Of a DNA stretch of 64,000 nucleotides, positions 13,356 to 27,339 are shown piece by piece. Below the pieces are notes generated by a model. It saw only the letters and a program-made list of their open reading frames with translations. It did no database searches and was not told the DNA's origin. Made by a program: the position numbers and the translations under genes. The first letter of the stretch is position 1. Each line of letters begins with the position of its first letter. This DNA is from Stegostoma tigrinum (taxonomy: Eukaryota): positions 45,650,728-45,714,727 of the forward strand of contig NC_081370.1 in NCBI RefSeq assembly GCF_030684315.1. Direction: 5' to 3'.

Positions 13356-13959
13356 CTTTAATGATATCTGTAAACAATCTCACAGGTAGTTTCACAAAAT
13401 CTTCTGTCTTGTGGAGCTGTGACAAATGTGTTTTTGCACATTGTTTTGCTGCAGTGTACAGTTTCAGGTCACTGTGCTGATCTGCTAACCACATGACCTG
13501 TAAACAATTCCTGATGTCAACAGTCCGAGCCAAAAACCGAGAGCATTCTTCAAAAAGTGATGTTAACTGGTACATATCTGCCACCTCATATGTCTCCTGG
13601 AGGTCCTCCACTCTCAGTTTTACAGTGCCCCGGTAAATATAGTCCACAAGAAGCTGGAAAACACTTGCATTCACATCTTTGAGTTCTATAACATCATTAT
13701 GAGCTTCTTTTAAATTAGAGGTGAACATGGAACGGAAGAAGCAGCTCTGAGCTGAAAGCACGAGTCGGTGGAGCTGGAATTCTTTGCCTTCCACAGAGAT
13801 GGTGACATCTGCAAAGAGCCGGTCTTCAAGGCACAGATCCATAATACTCTGGGCAACTCGCACAGAATGGAATCTATCTGTGAAGGTATAGCTCATGAAA
13901 TAACTTTCATCTGTTGTTCCAGCGATGGCTGCACCTCCTGCATCACTATTTGGCTCCAT
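13356..13959 (-). CDS. KBTBD4: KBTBD4 first coding exon (BTB domain)
   Basis: ATG at 13959 downstream of an acceptor (exon start 13982). BTB motif FADVTISVEGKEFQLHRLVLSAQSCFFRSMF. Donor AAAG|gtacgt at 13356. Confidence 0.96.
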
Positions 13960-14512
13960 TTTAGCAAGTGGTAAAACAGGACCTATAGGAATAATTACAT
14001 TAAAAAATAAACTGTTTAAATTTTCAAAATGTAAAAATTTTTTTTTAAGTATTTTGTATCCATAAACTTCTCTATGTTATTACAACAATAGAAACTTAAA
14101 GGCAGTCATTCCTTTTGCTGATCTCCACTTTAACAAAGCACAAATGTGAATATTGTACATCAACAATAATATAAAGCAGCAATATTTTGCTTGAATACAT
14201 GAACATGCAATAGAGGAACAAGAATAAGCCACTTGGTCTTTTCAGCAGCTGCACCTTTCAGTAAGATCATGGATGATCCGATTTTAACTGCAACGTGTAA
14301 GGTAATGGGCAAAGCCCAACCAGAACTTAAAACAACTTGATTCAAGCTTCTGAAAAACCACTGAATGGGATTTTAACTGATTATGTGGGAACCTTACCCG
14401 AAGCCTGGGATGGCAATGAGTATCTTTTAACAATTATCCGTATTTCCTGAGGCAGTATCGTTGGGAAAAATACAGCAAAAAAATTCAATATTTAACAAGA
14501 CATAGATAATAC

Positions 14513-15400
14513 ATGGTTAGTAAGTTTGCAGATGACACCAAAATTGGATGTGTTGTGGATAGTGGAGAATTTCCTCAGAGTGCAACGGGACCTTGATCAG
14601 ATGGGTCAATGGGCTGAGGTGTGGCAAATGGAGTTTAACTTAGTTAAATGTGAGGTGTTGCATTTTGGAAAGGCAAATCAGGGCAGGACTTATGCACTAA
14701 TGGTAAGGTCCTGGGGAGTGTTGTTGAACAAACAGACCTTGGAATGCAGGCTCATAGTTCCTTGAAAGTGGAGTTGCAGGTAGATAGGATAGTGAAGAAG
14801 GCATTTAGTATGCTTGCCTTTATGGTCAGTGCAATGACTATAGGAGTTAGGTCATGTTGTACAGCTACAACATGACATTGTTGTACAGGACATTGGTTAG
14901 GCCACTTTTGGAATACTGCATTCACTTGTGGTCTCCTTGCTATAGGAAGGACGTTGTGAAACCTGAAAGGGTTCAAAAAAGATTTACAAGGATGTTGCCA
15001 GATTTGGAGGGTTTGAGTTATAGGGAGAGGCTGAAGAAGCTGGGGCTATTTTCCCTGGAGCGTCAGAGGCTGAAGGGTTACCTTATAGAGCTTTATAAAA
15101 TCATGAAGGGTACAGAGAGGGTAAATAGACAAGGTCTTCACCTCAGGGTGGGGAGTCCAAAACTAGTGGACAACTTTTTCACAGAGAGTGGTGTGTGTAT
15201 GGAATGCACTGCCAGTGCAAACGGAGGAGGCTGGTACAATTACAACATTTAAAAGGCATCTGGATGGGTACGGGAATGGGAGGGCTTTAGATGGATCTGG
15301 GCCAAATGCTGGCAAATGGGAGAAGATTTATCTGGGATATCTGGTTGGTATGGATATATTGGGCCAAAGGGTCTGTTTCTGTGATGTATATCTCTATGAC
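14513..15400 (+). mobile_element. CR1 LINE 3' fragment (RT C-terminus and 3' UTR) in KBTBD4 intron 1
   Basis: SKFADDTK, WQMEFN..KCEVLHFG and LYRTLVRPLLEYC motifs are spread over frameshifted ORFs, followed by a ctctatgactcta tail. Confidence 0.9.
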
Positions 15401-16656
15401 TCTATTAAGCAGAAATATGGCAAACTGCATTATCAACATACTGGAAGTTAAAATTGATCAGAAGCTGAACCTAGATACATAAACTGTGGCTACAAAAACT
15501 GGTCAGAGGTTAGGAGTTCCACAATATCTCTTGTCACGATTCCCAAATGCCTGTTCATAACTAATGAGGTACAAGTCACGAGTGTGGAGGAGTAAAATGG
15601 ATAAGTGGTATTCCCAGGCTCAACACCATTCAAGGCAAAGTAGCCAACCGACTGTACCCTATTGACCACAATGACATTCACTCACTTCCTCATCAATGTA
15701 CAGTGACAGCACTGCGTACCATCTGTAAAATGCACTGCAGTAATTCGTCAAGGCTCATTCAACAGCAAACTCCATAGCTATGGCCTCTACCACCTAGGAG
15801 GGCAAAATCAGTTGAAATTTCCCTTCCAAGCTGTACACGATTCTGATTTGAAACTTTCCTTCGCTTACAGGATCAAAATCCTGGAACACCCTTCCTAATA
15901 GGACAGTGGATATGCCTACAACACACAGACTGCAGTGATTCAAGAAGGTGACCCAACACCGCATTTTGAAATAAATTAGTGATGAGCAATAAATTCTGGC
16001 CTCGGCAGTAACGTCCATGTCACATGAACAAATTTTATAAAATAAGATTGCCAAAAAAAGTAAGGGTGCAATTATAAGCAGAAATGTGAACAATTAAATG
16101 AAATGGAAATTGTGAAACAGAAGGTTGTATTATTAAATAGAAAGGTGAACTTGTTAAGCAGAAATGAACTATTAAATAGGAAAGGGAAATGATTCACTGA
16201 GTTAAAAAAATGGAACAAAGGGAGAAATTATTAAAGTGGAAATTAGACAGAAAATAGTACTATTACACAGAAAGTTGAAGTTATTAAGCAGAAAAGAATG
16301 TTATGAAACAGGAAGATGGAATTATTAAATGAAGAAATTTATTCTGAAAAGGGTGAAATTATTCAACAGGAAAGTGTATTATTCAGGCCCTGCGGCTCCG
16401 GGAGAAAGAAGATCAACAACCAGGCCTCAGGAATAGGAAATTCCCTCGAATTCACCTCTATTTATTAACCGAGCGGAATCGCATTTCCAAACGCGTCCAA
16501 AGCTCTCTTTGTGTTTTGTTTTTACCTTTAATTATCAGGAGCAGCGGCCACAACGTCCGAAAGGGGATGGGGGTAGGGGGGAAGAGTGAAGGTGAACACG
16601 GCGGCGAGGAAGGAAAGGATTGGGGGGGGCGGACCGGTAGTTCCGGTTCCGTTGGT

Positions 16657-16717
16657 ATGGCGGCCAGGCTGGTGGGTCTGGCTCGGGCCGGATGGTTGAG
16701 AACCTTCCGGAATGTGG
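16657..16717 (+). CDS. NDUFS3: NDUFS3 exon 1 (mitochondrial targeting peptide)
   Basis: ATG GCG GCC..., giving the Arg-rich leader MAARLVGLARAGWLRTFRNV, with donor G|gtgagt. Joined CDS of the 7 exons = 786 nt, 261 aa. Confidence 0.85.
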
Positions 16718-16770
16718 GTGAGTGGCGGCGACGACTGAGGGCGCAGCAGGCGGTGTAGGGTCCCCGGGAG

Positions 16771-16792
16771 AGGAGGAGGAGGAGGAGGAGGA

Positions 16793-16831
<39 letters not shown>
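16771..16831 (+). repeat. Compound microsatellite (AGG)8-CGG-(CGA)11
   Basis: Read directly from the sequence in NDUFS3 intron 1. Confidence 0.95.
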
Positions 16832-16999
16832 TGATGAAGGATTCGGGGAGGAAGGAGAATCCGTGTCCCCGCTGTTTGACCTTCGTGCGCAGCCGGCACC
16901 TGGAGGTGGCCACTGCCGATAAACCGGGTGCAGGCCTAGAGACTGGAAGTGGGCTGTTGAGACAGGGCACTGTGGATATGGGGTGTAAAGGAAAAGTGT

Positions 17000-17650
17000 G
17001 AGACGAGGAGAACAGGATGCTGTAGCCAGTGAATGGGGGAAAGAGGGCAAAGGGTGTTGCAAGTAGTTGAGGGGGGGAGGTAGGGGAAATGCAGCTTGGG
17101 GCGAAATAGGGAATGTGCTGCAGCTGGTGGGGAGCAGTGTGTTGCTGGTTGGGTCAGGTGCTGCAGCCAGTGTCGGGGTGGGGGTGGTGGTGGAGAGAGG
17201 GCAGGATACTGCAGCTGGTGGGAGGGGAGACAGAAGTGGGTGCATCATACAACTAGTGTGGGTAAGAGGGTGGAGATGCAGGCAGGGGCAAGCAGAGAGG
17301 AGGGTGCAATGGGTGTAGCAGAAGAGGGTGTTGAAGCTGGTGGAGAGGGGGAGCATAGAGGGTGTTGATGGGGTGCACAAGAGGGTGCTGCAGCTGTTGG
17401 GGGTTTTGGGTGCTGGTGGCGAAAGTGTGCACTGCAGCTGAGGAAAGGGATGTGAAGAAGAGGGTACTGCAGCTGTTTAGGAGGCAGTGAGCTGCTGTAG
17501 CAGTTTGGTCTGTGAGATCCCTGAGTGTGTGTGGGGTTATGGCATTGCTAGGAGGCTTGTGGGTGCTGCTAGTGTGCTGGTTGTGGACTTTCTTGCTGGA
17601 GTAGAGTTGCTTCTGTGCAGAGGGTGTGGGGGTGAGGTAGGGAGAATGAA
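17000..17650 (+). repeat. G-rich degenerate repeat region with recurring (t/a)gctgcagctg(g/t) units
   Basis: At least 6 copies of a ctgcagctg-like core are separated by purine/G-rich spacers. Confidence 0.6.
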
Positions 17651-20600
17651 GAGTCTGGAGTTTTCTTTGGATTGTTGGGTTCCCTTTTAGGAGATTCCTA
17701 CACACTTGATACAAATGCAATGCGCCGACTTCTGTGCACAGCCACAGTTTATTTAAGCAAGTACAAGCTTTTGGAGGATTTCTTAACAAACTTTGCAGGG
17801 CTTCCATAGTCGTGTCAAGCGATGCTGTCTATTAAGGGAACTTTCCTCCCTTTATACAGGCTTTTTTAGCACAGTCAGACATGCATGCAAGATACAGTTT
17901 TTTTCTCCTCCCTCGTAGTTACATGCCTAGCAACAGCGATAGTATGTAACTTAATCATCTGACAGTAAACCAGAGGTCAGCTGCCCAAAAACAATGTATG
18001 AGACTGGACACTTGCTTGTCTTTTTAGCCTTAGTTCAATCTTTACAGAGAACAGAGCATAATTAGATTACCGTAATTTGTCTGCGAAACAGGGGTGCTTA
18101 TGAGGCATCAAGTTGCTTACAGATGTTTCACTTGGAGAGCAGAACAGATATTAACCCTTAACATTTCAGAATCACTGCAATGAGAAACATCAGGGCTGAA
18201 GGTGAGGGTTTGACTCAACTATTCAAAGCCTCAAGAATAACAGGGACTTGATCCTGGAGAATTGTAATACCTTCTGAAAACTAAAGGGGAACATTGATAT
18301 GTGGCAAAATACTTTGTTAGATTAAACTGACACTTTGTAAAATAAATTGCATCTACTAGTGGGAGTCACTGTTTCTGCATCTTCCCAAAAAGCTGTGAAT
18401 CTTGGAGTGATTAAATCTTTCAGAATAATGAGCGTGCAACATGGGTGAGAAAGTGGTGTTGAAAGTGTATGTCAGACATGATTGAACTGATAGAAATGTT
18501 AGCAGTAATAGTTTGTTATTTTCATTGTTCAGCTGTTCAGAATGTTCTTGTCTACATTGCAATATCTGGATTTTCTACTGTGTGAGAGCAGGGATTTTAA
18601 AAATTTATTTGTACATGGAATGTGAGGCATCGTTAGCTAGGCCAGCACCTGTGCCCAATCCAAAATTGCCCTTGAGAATATGATGGTGAGCTATTTTGGG
18701 CTGTTCTAGTTGTGAAATAACAGGTGTATCCACAATGCTGTTAGGAAGGGAATTTCCAGATTATGACCCAGCAGAGGGAAGGAATGGTGATATAATTCCC
18801 AAGTTAGGATGGTGGGAGGGAAGAGGAACTTGCAGGTAGTGAGGTTCCCATATATATTCTGTCCCGCACTTTATGTATAAGTTTCTGGGCTTGAAAAGCA
18901 CTGATAAAAGAGGCTTGGTGAGGTGCAGCAGTGAATCTTGCAGTTAGTGCACAATTCTGCCAGCTGTGCATCTATGATGTAGGGCGTGATAATTGAAGAT
19001 GGTAGATCGGGTGCTGATCAACTGGGATGCTGTTTTGCTGTTGAGCATGTTGGAGCTGCACTTGTCCAGGCAATGGATAGTATTCCCTCATACTCTTAAG
19101 TTGTTCCTTGTAGATTTTGAACAGACATTAGGGTGGTTGAGATGTGATTTATTTGCTGCAGAATTCCCAGCCTCCAACCTGCTATTGTCACCAAAGTATG
19201 ATTATAGCTGATCCGGTTCAGTTTCAGTGTAATATGGTTCCGAAAAGTTCAAATGGCTGAATTATTTCTCATGCAATCAACTTTGCTAAAGTGGAGGATC
19301 TGAGTTAATATAATTGCTGGTTGTGAGACCCTGCAAAATTGCCTTCTGTATTTGCCTATAATACAATGCTTTCTAAGTGTTTAATTGTGAAGTAATTTAG
19401 GATGTCATGTGGTTGCTAAATGTTATACTTCATTTTATTTAATGAATTATTACTATAATATTAGAACTACAGAATAGCTGGTAATTGCAGTTTTTGGCAA
19501 TGTGTTGCCCCCTGCTATGTTTTCCTGGTGAAGCTTAGTAAAATGAAGTCTTAGTGCTTAACTGCATCTGATTTGCTGATGGTACCCATCTCGTTGATGT
19601 ATGTCAGACTTTGAGTAAAAATTATGAAGTATTGTCCTGCTTGTTCAACTGATTCTTGGCTGCTTTGTATCTGATGCCTGTTGATTATTGTAATTTTACT
19701 TGACCTAGTGTTAATGTTCATTTCAGTGAGTTTTTAGATTTCCCCATTCCTTTCAGCTCTAATTATTCCATGTTTTGATGAACTTTCCCCATTATTAAAG
19801 CCTTTAATCATTTTGCATGTTTCATTTAAATCATCTGTAGATCTTCTGTACTCATTGAAATTGAACCCTGGGCAAAGCATTCAGTCCTCTCAACGCTGGT
19901 ATTATCCTGAGAAATCTATTGTGCACCCACCTCCATTGTGAATGTATCCATTTTACAATGGTATCTTTGTAAAGAGCTTTATGTAACATTAACGTAATCA
20001 CCATTCATTTGCATTCCGTATTTCTTAAGATAAAGTTTAATATTCCATTAGGTTCTGAAATGAGTTTTCAACCCTCTCCAGCAGTTTGTGATTTTCATTC
20101 ATGAGAACTTGAATCTCCATGCTCTGCCACTACTCACTTGGAAAGTAGTGATTCTTCCATTGTAATTACTCTGGGTGACCTGTCACTTTCCCACGTAAAA
20201 CTGTATTTGTCATGGTTTTATGGGTAAAACTATCAAAGTCTCCTTGCAATATCCCACTTCTGTCTCCAGTGCTTACTGTGCCACCTAACATAATCATCAA
20301 ACTTAGATTTGGAATACCCTATTGATCTAAGTTATTGATAAATACCCTGCAAAACTGGCAACAAGACCATTCAATTCCAGGTTCTGCCCATTCTGTGAGA
20401 CGATCTTTGTTGTATTTGAGGCAGTTTATATTACCTCACTGTTTGCCTCTTCTCTGAATATATCATGGGCAAAATTGGTAAATATGTAAAAAAGCCTTAA
20501 TAAAGAACTTTAGGAAATACTACTAGCCACCCTCCAGTCTGAATCACTACTATTTACTATGGCTCACTGTTTGTTTTCTATCTGTAAGTAATTTTATTTC

Positions 20601-21279
20601 TTTTGATCTAAGATGACACTGGCCTTCCTCTTCCTGAGCCTGATTTTTGCTAACCAGCTCTGTAGTAGTTTGTCAAACATTCTTAAAATCAATGTAGACA
20701 AGAAAAACCACATTCCCTTGGACCTTCTGTTTTATGTCATCACATAATTCAGTTAGATTAGACATGCACAATTCACTTTCCATAAACCTGTAAATGGCTG
20801 TTCTTAATTAACTCAGGCATCTCCAATGCTTGCTAATTTTTTGATTTTCAAAACTTATCCATCACTAATGTCTCACCAGTTAGTATCAGTTAGAAATGTC
20901 CTTTTCACCCTTCCTTGAATAAGGTTGTCACATCTGCCCTTTGTCTTCTGCCACCTCCATTCTCCCTGATCTGGAGAAGAGTGAAAGATTGTGGCAAACC
21001 CATCAACTATTTCCCCATTTTCTTTAACAATCTTGGGTGCTAACCACAAGAACCAAGTGACTTAAATGTCTGAAGCGCAGACAGCCTTTCCGTTATTCTG
21101 TCATACACTGCTTCTACCTATATTTTGTCAGCATCCTCTTCTTCAGTAGACACTGATACAAAGTTTTCATCAAGTACTCTAACCTTGTCCTGTGCCTATA
21201 AACACATATCACCCTCTTTGTTTCCAATCTGACTCACAAGTCTTGCACTCCAACTATTTTTGTTCCCTTTCATGTTATT

Positions 21280-21605
21280 AGAACACAGAACATAGAGCAA
21301 AACAGCACAGAACAGGCCCTTCAGCCCACAATGTTGTGCCGACCATTGATCCTCATGTATGCCCCCTCAAATTTCTGTGACCATATGCATGTCCAGCAGT
21401 CTCTTAAATGTCCCCAGTGATCTTGCTTCCACAACTGCTGCTGGCAACACATTCCATGCTCTCTCAACTCTGTGTAAAGAACCCGCCTCTGACATCCCCT
21501 CTACACTTACCTCCAACCAGCTTAAAACTATGACCCCTCGTGTTAGCCATTTCTGCCCTGGGAGATAGTCTCTGGCTCTCAACTCTATCTATGCCTCTCA
21601 TTATT
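21280..21605 (-). mobile_element. CR1 LINE 3' end
   Basis: Minus ORF reads RVERAWNVLPAAVVEARSLGTFKRLLDMHM, followed by a ttctatgttct-type tail. Confidence 0.85.
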
Positions 21606-23179
21606 CTATTTTCATATTTTCTCTTGGCTGACTGTGGATGGGTTAATTGTTTTTTGATGAGGTAATGGTTTCATGAAGGTAATGGAGATGTCTATCTGGG
21701 TTTTAAAAGGGATTTGATAAAGAACCATATGTTTGACCTGCTGGCAAAATTGAAGTCCACAGAGTAAAGGAAAGTGCTGACATGGATACCAAGTTAATAA
21801 AAGCAAAATAGTGCAGGGATTGGAAATCTGAAATAAAAGTAGGAAGTGCAGGAAATTTTCACTTCAGGAAAGATATGATTGCTTTATGAGGATGCCAAAA
21901 ATTTACTTGGATGGTTCTGGTATAAGATGTTTCAATTAGAGGTTGGAGAAACCGGGCATATTCTCTTTACAGAATGGAAGGTTGAGTGGAGGTTTAATAT
22001 ATTGGATACTGTTATGAAGGGTCTGGACAGAATAGATAGAGAAATTGTTCCATTAATGCTAGAATTGAGAAGGAGAAGATGCCAATTTAAAGTGACTGGT
22101 TGGTTCATTTCCTTATGGTGACATGAGCGTTAATTTTTCTACTTGGTGACTGATTGAGTAGGTTCTGGAATGGACAGCTTGTATGGTGGAGGCCAGTCAA
22201 TCATGACTTTCAAAAGAGCATTGGATAAGTACCTAAAGAGAAGAAAACTGCAGTGCTGCAAGGATAGATTGGAACTTTGAGACTGGATGTCGAGGTGTGG
22301 AGACACAGCCAACTGTATGGCCCCCTCGGCTGTCACCTATATGTTGTCATCTGTCTATGTGATCCCCAAATAGACCACTAACTCCTTAAAAGAAATTAAT
22401 TTCCTGGCAACTAATGGAAATGACAAAGGGACTAGATTTAAATTTTGAGAATATTAGTGTAGCAAACTAATTCAACATAGAAGAAACATCACTTAGGAGG
22501 TACTAATACTGTACATCAAACTAAATTGAAAGGACACTTTCATATGAACTAATGCAATTGAGATATGTTTTACGAGCCCTCTTACTGTGCACCATACTTC
22601 TGGCAGAAATTTCACATTTTGGTCACTTCTCCAAACTGTCATCTGTGTCCCCTCAATTTTCCCCACCATGTTAGGTTGCATTTTTCTGGATTCATCTCAA
22701 TGACTCCTTGTATCTTGGTCCAATGCTGTTGAATTTTTGAGCATCCAAATATACAGGCCCAACTAGGCGTTGCTTTGATATCTGACAGGCAAAACCTCTG
22801 ATGAAGCACTCCCCTCAGCATTGCACTTCTGTTTCAGCCTGGAATGGGCATAATATTTTTATAATGTAGCTTCAATATATGACTTTGGCACTATACCAAT
22901 GCCAACTCTCTTGTTGGGAAGTTCTAATTTTTCATTTTTCACTTTGTGTAAAAGGGTGCTTCCTCAAAATTTTGCTATGTCTCTGTTGATAAAGTTGTTA
23001 TTTCTGTAAGTTTTCATGGCATTTCATCCTGTAATGCAGATTCCATTAACTTTTTAATATTTATTATACTTAGTTATTGTATTTAGAGCTAAGGAAAAAA
23101 ATGGCTCATTGCGTTGAAATGTTTTGTTTTATTTGTACATTTGTGATGTAAAAATCTTGCCATTGTGCTTTCATTATAG

Positions 23180-23242
23180 GTCCTGGCTGTGGTGCTGTGG
23201 CCTCTCAGATCAGGTTTGAGGGATCCGTTTCTGAGACGCGGC
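23180..23242 (+). CDS. NDUFS3: NDUFS3 exon 2
   Basis: ttatag|GTCCTGGC...ACGCGGC|gtaagt, 63 nt, phase 1-1. Reads GPGCGAVASQIRFEGSVSETR. Confidence 0.85.
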
Positions 23243-24879
23243 GTAAGTAAATGCCAAGCTAATTTTCAGTTGTACACTGATTGAATAACGACCCCATTTA
23301 TAACGCAAATTTCCTCCTATATATGCACTTTCAAATTGATGGTAAGGATCATACTTCTGTATTTGAAAGAGAATAAAACAGCTAGTAGTGTGTGGAAGAG
23401 AATTATCACGCTTCTCATATTTGGGCTGTACCACTGGACAGAAGAATGAAAACAAGAGCCAAATATTTAAGTTCTTCCTTGTCCGTGTATACAGCTGGTC
23501 CTCCAGCTTGTTCTTGGCTGTGCCTCCTTATGGTAATGTGGGCAAACGGGGTCCCTCACAGAACCAGTCTAAACGTCAGAGAAACCTGCCCCCCCCTCCA
23601 AAAAAAACAAAAAACATACAGTAAGGCCTGCTGTCATGGCCACACCTGGCACTTGTGAAGCCATCTCCCAGCTATGGGCAGATAGCTCTACTGCCTTATG
23701 GTTACCTTGTGAGAGAGACAGTTGAAGCGTAAGCCCTGACTAAAAGTTTGGAGTGGAGCCCAGAGATAGACTGTCTTAATTCTTGTCAACTTCCTGGCAG
23801 CTCTGACCAACAAGCCAATGCCAGAAGTTGTGGTGTGGATTGTTTTGAACCCAAACAGGGAGATGGCGAAGGGGGCAAGGACATTCAGTGAGCTGAGGAC
23901 CTTTGTTAATTTTGCTCAGGCTAATGCTTAGGAGAGGTTAATTCACTATAATTGTACGCAGCACTATTCAACAAAATACAACCTGTCATTTTGTATGAAG
24001 GATGACTACCGAGAGATCAGAAAAACACCATGTGGGCATGTGTTCAGGATCAGAGAAGTCACAAAGATAGCTGTTATTCACTTTTTGAACTGATAGTTCT
24101 TGGTGCAGAGTTGGTGGTAATTATTTGACCTTTGAAGTACCTAATTTGGGAATTTCCTCCATCATTGTTCAGCATGAATATATCCCTGGCAAGGCTGCCT
24201 CAGTTGCTTATCCTTAGTTGTCTTTGAGAAGATGCTACCTTGAATTCTGCAGTCAATGTTCTGGGTACTCCTGCTATACTTTCTTAGACAGAGTGTTTCC
24301 AGTATTTTGACACAGTGACAATAACGATACAATTATGTGACTGCATTAGGGGGCTGTGTACCGTGGAGCAGAACCTAAAGGTGATGGTGATCCCTTCTTG
24401 TTTTTCTAGTCGGTTTGTAAATTTACTTTGTACTGTAGATTAATACTTGCTGCTTTGCATCCTTTAGATAGAACTGCAGGCAGGTTACTCTGATAGAGAA
24501 AGTGAATGTTTAAAACTACAGAGGGTGCCAAACAAGGGAAGTGTTTTGACCCAGATTATGTGGTAACTTTTGAATAGAGTGCAACCGTTCTGACGTAGAG
24601 AATACTCCTTCAGTCTCCTTATCTGTGCCTTATAATTAAAGGAAAAGCTTTTGAGAGTCAGGAGGTGGATCACTCTCTGCAGAATACTCTGCCTATAACT
24701 TGTTTGAGTAGCTACACCATTTATTGCTGTCTTCGTTTTTTTATAAAACTTTATAATCTGTCTATATTAGCAAATCCTGCAGAATAAACCAAGAAGTTTG
24801 AGATTTCGTAATAGTAGATAATATGACAGGAATTTGAGCAGTGAAATTTAACTTAGCAGTGCTGCACTTTAATTCACAG

Positions 24880-24977
24880 CTACTGTCCGACCAAGGAATG
24901 AACTACAACGCAACCAGCTCTCTGCATTTGGTGAATATGTTGCTGAAATTCTTCCCAAATACGTCCAACAAGTTCAG
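24880..24977 (+). CDS. NDUFS3: NDUFS3 exon 3
   Basis: Reads [33 protein letters not shown] with canonical splice sites. Confidence 0.95.
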
Positions 24978-25528
24978 GTCAGTGTGTCAGCAGTTAGACT
25001 GATACCTAAACATGAATCAGGTTATTGAGTTTTATAAATCAATGAAATATCTGTGTTGTATGGCCAAATACTGGATTGGCATCTCTGAAATTAGATTTTT
25101 CATTGGGAAATCTCTTCCCTTGTGTGTTTTGGCCTATTAAATGGTTTTCTGAAACCTGTTTTGGAATCCAGTCCTGTGCCATCGTGGAAGTAAGTCGGAG
25201 GCAATCATCACCTAAAATAACAAGCAGGGTTTCTCACCCAACCAATGTTTTGAAGATATCTCACTGTCACTCTTATTGTGTAAATGTTAGGTATAGAAAG
25301 CTATTAAAAAAAACACCCTTTCTTAATTCCTTCAATTTGTCTTACTTAACCCCTGAATATATCCAATGGTGAAAATAATGGTGATGGACTGAAAGGGAAA
25401 AATGATTTTGGCCATTAATTTGTTTCACTTGTTCATTATTATATCCTGTTATATGTTATACTGTTATTATTTAGATCAACCCTGTATGTGAAAACATGAT
25501 ATCTGTTTGCTTTGTCTTTGTTAAACAG

Positions 25529-25678
25529 GTGACATGTTTCAATGAGTTGGAGGTTTTTATCCATCCAGAGGGCATTATACCAGTGTTGACATTCCTTCGG
25601 GATCACACCAATGCCCAGTTTAAATCTCTTGTAGATGAAACTGCAGTCGATGTCCCTTCTCGTCCATTTAGGTTTGAG
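25529..25678 (+). CDS. NDUFS3: NDUFS3 exon 4
   Basis: Reads [50 protein letters not shown], 150 nt, with ag/gt boundaries. Confidence 0.96.
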
Positions 25679-27339
25679 GTAATTGAAGAATTGGTTGGGA
25701 AGGGTGAAATGTAACTTTACAATTCTGCTACAGAATAGCACATTTGTTGCACCTTTGAAAGTTTGCGTATCTTTAGTCGCAATTTCTAAATGCTTTGCAG
25801 ATATTAAATATTAGATCTCACAAAGAAGACTTCTTTCTTGATTTGGAGAACAACTTTACTGCAGCAATAACATATTAAAAGATGATGGCAAACACATCAA
25901 TATTCTAGTCTTAAGCTCTGAACTAAATACAAAAGCTGCTGATGCTGGAAATCTGAGGCAAAAACAGAGTTCTGGGGAAACACAGCAGGTCTGGCAGCAC
26001 CTGTAGTGAGAAAACAATTTACATTGCAAGTCCAGTGACCCTTCATCAGAACTCTCTTTTCTCCCTAGAGATTGGGACGGACCTGATGTGCTTTCTTTAA
26101 TTCATTCTCAGGATGTGGCCATCACAGGCCAGGCCAGCAATTACTGCCATCCCCAGTCGCCCAGAAGGCAATTAAGTGTCAACTACATTACAGTGGGTCC
26201 AGCACTCCTTTTGTTAAAGTTTTAAGCTCCTTCACATCTAATAATACATATCTTACTTGGTGGGATGATTGATCCACACAAGATCTCTTACGTTTTGTTT
26301 TCCAGCAGAAGCAGTAAAATTAATATGTTAGCAGCTGGAAGATGAAGTGTTAAAATATGGAGTCGGAGGTTTATAGTATTAAAGCATTAAAAATAATGCC
26401 ATTCGCCCCATCATGTCTATGCCAGTCAAAAATACCCACCTAACTGTTCTAATTCCATTTCCCAGCACCTGGCCCTTAACCTTTCATGCTTTGTCATCAT
26501 AAGTGTGCATCTAAATACTTATTTAAATGTTATGTGGGTTTCTGCCTTTACTGCACTTAAAGATGGTGTGTTCCAGATGCCCGTCACCATCTGAAAAATA
26601 ATTTCCTCTTATCTCCTCTAAATCTTCTGCCCCTTACATTAAATGTATGTATGTCCTTGTAATTGGTCCTCCAGCAAGTGGAAAAGTTCCCTCTTGTCTA
26701 CTCTGTCCATGCCCCTCAATCGTGTTCCACTTCTTGCTCCTTTCTTGATTAATTGTATCACATTAGCTGTCTTCCAATCCTATGGCACCGCTCCTGTCTC
26801 CAGAGAGGAATTTAAAATTATTACTAGTGTTCCTGCTATTGATTTGCCTCACACAGCCTGGGATATGTTTCATCTGGCATTAAAGATTTATCCAATTTTA
26901 AATCTGCCAGACCACACTGAATCTCACTGTCAATGCTGCTTACTTTAAGTATATAACAGTTCTCCTTCCTGATTTTGTCCCGCTTGCTTGTGAACACTGA
27001 CACAGTATTGATTTATTTTGCCACCTACATCCTCCAGCTTCATGCAAGTTAGCACTGTGGTCCTTAATAGGCTTTACCTAGTTATCCTTTTACCCTTAAT
27101 GTACTAAAAAAAAAAATTTAGGACTTGCCTTTGTTTTACTGGCCACTATTCTTTCACGCCCCGTACTTGTTCTCTGAATTTCCTTTAAGTTTCCCCTTGC
27201 ACGTTCTGTACTCCTGTAGGGCTTCTGCTGATTTGTGCTTCAGTATCTACCATAAGTCTCCCTTTTTCACTTTATCTAATCCTGGCTATGCCTTGATATC
27301 TTTCCTATGCTCATGACACAAAATAGGTCAGTGACAAAG

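Larger units (their letters stand above)
16380..16960. promoter_or_regulatory. Bidirectional CpG-island promoter shared by KBTBD4 (-) and NDUFS3 (+)
   Basis: CpG-dense. GC box ggggcgg near 16626 and ETS-type ttccgg at 16641 and 16705. Candidate KBTBD4 exon-1 donor gag|gtgaat (minus) at 16456; NDUFS3 ATG at 16657. Confidence 0.8.

Noticed and set aside
16458-17807. Several long ORFs (170-281 aa) around the promoter
   Set aside because: They are low-complexity translations of the CpG island, microsatellite and G-rich repeat.
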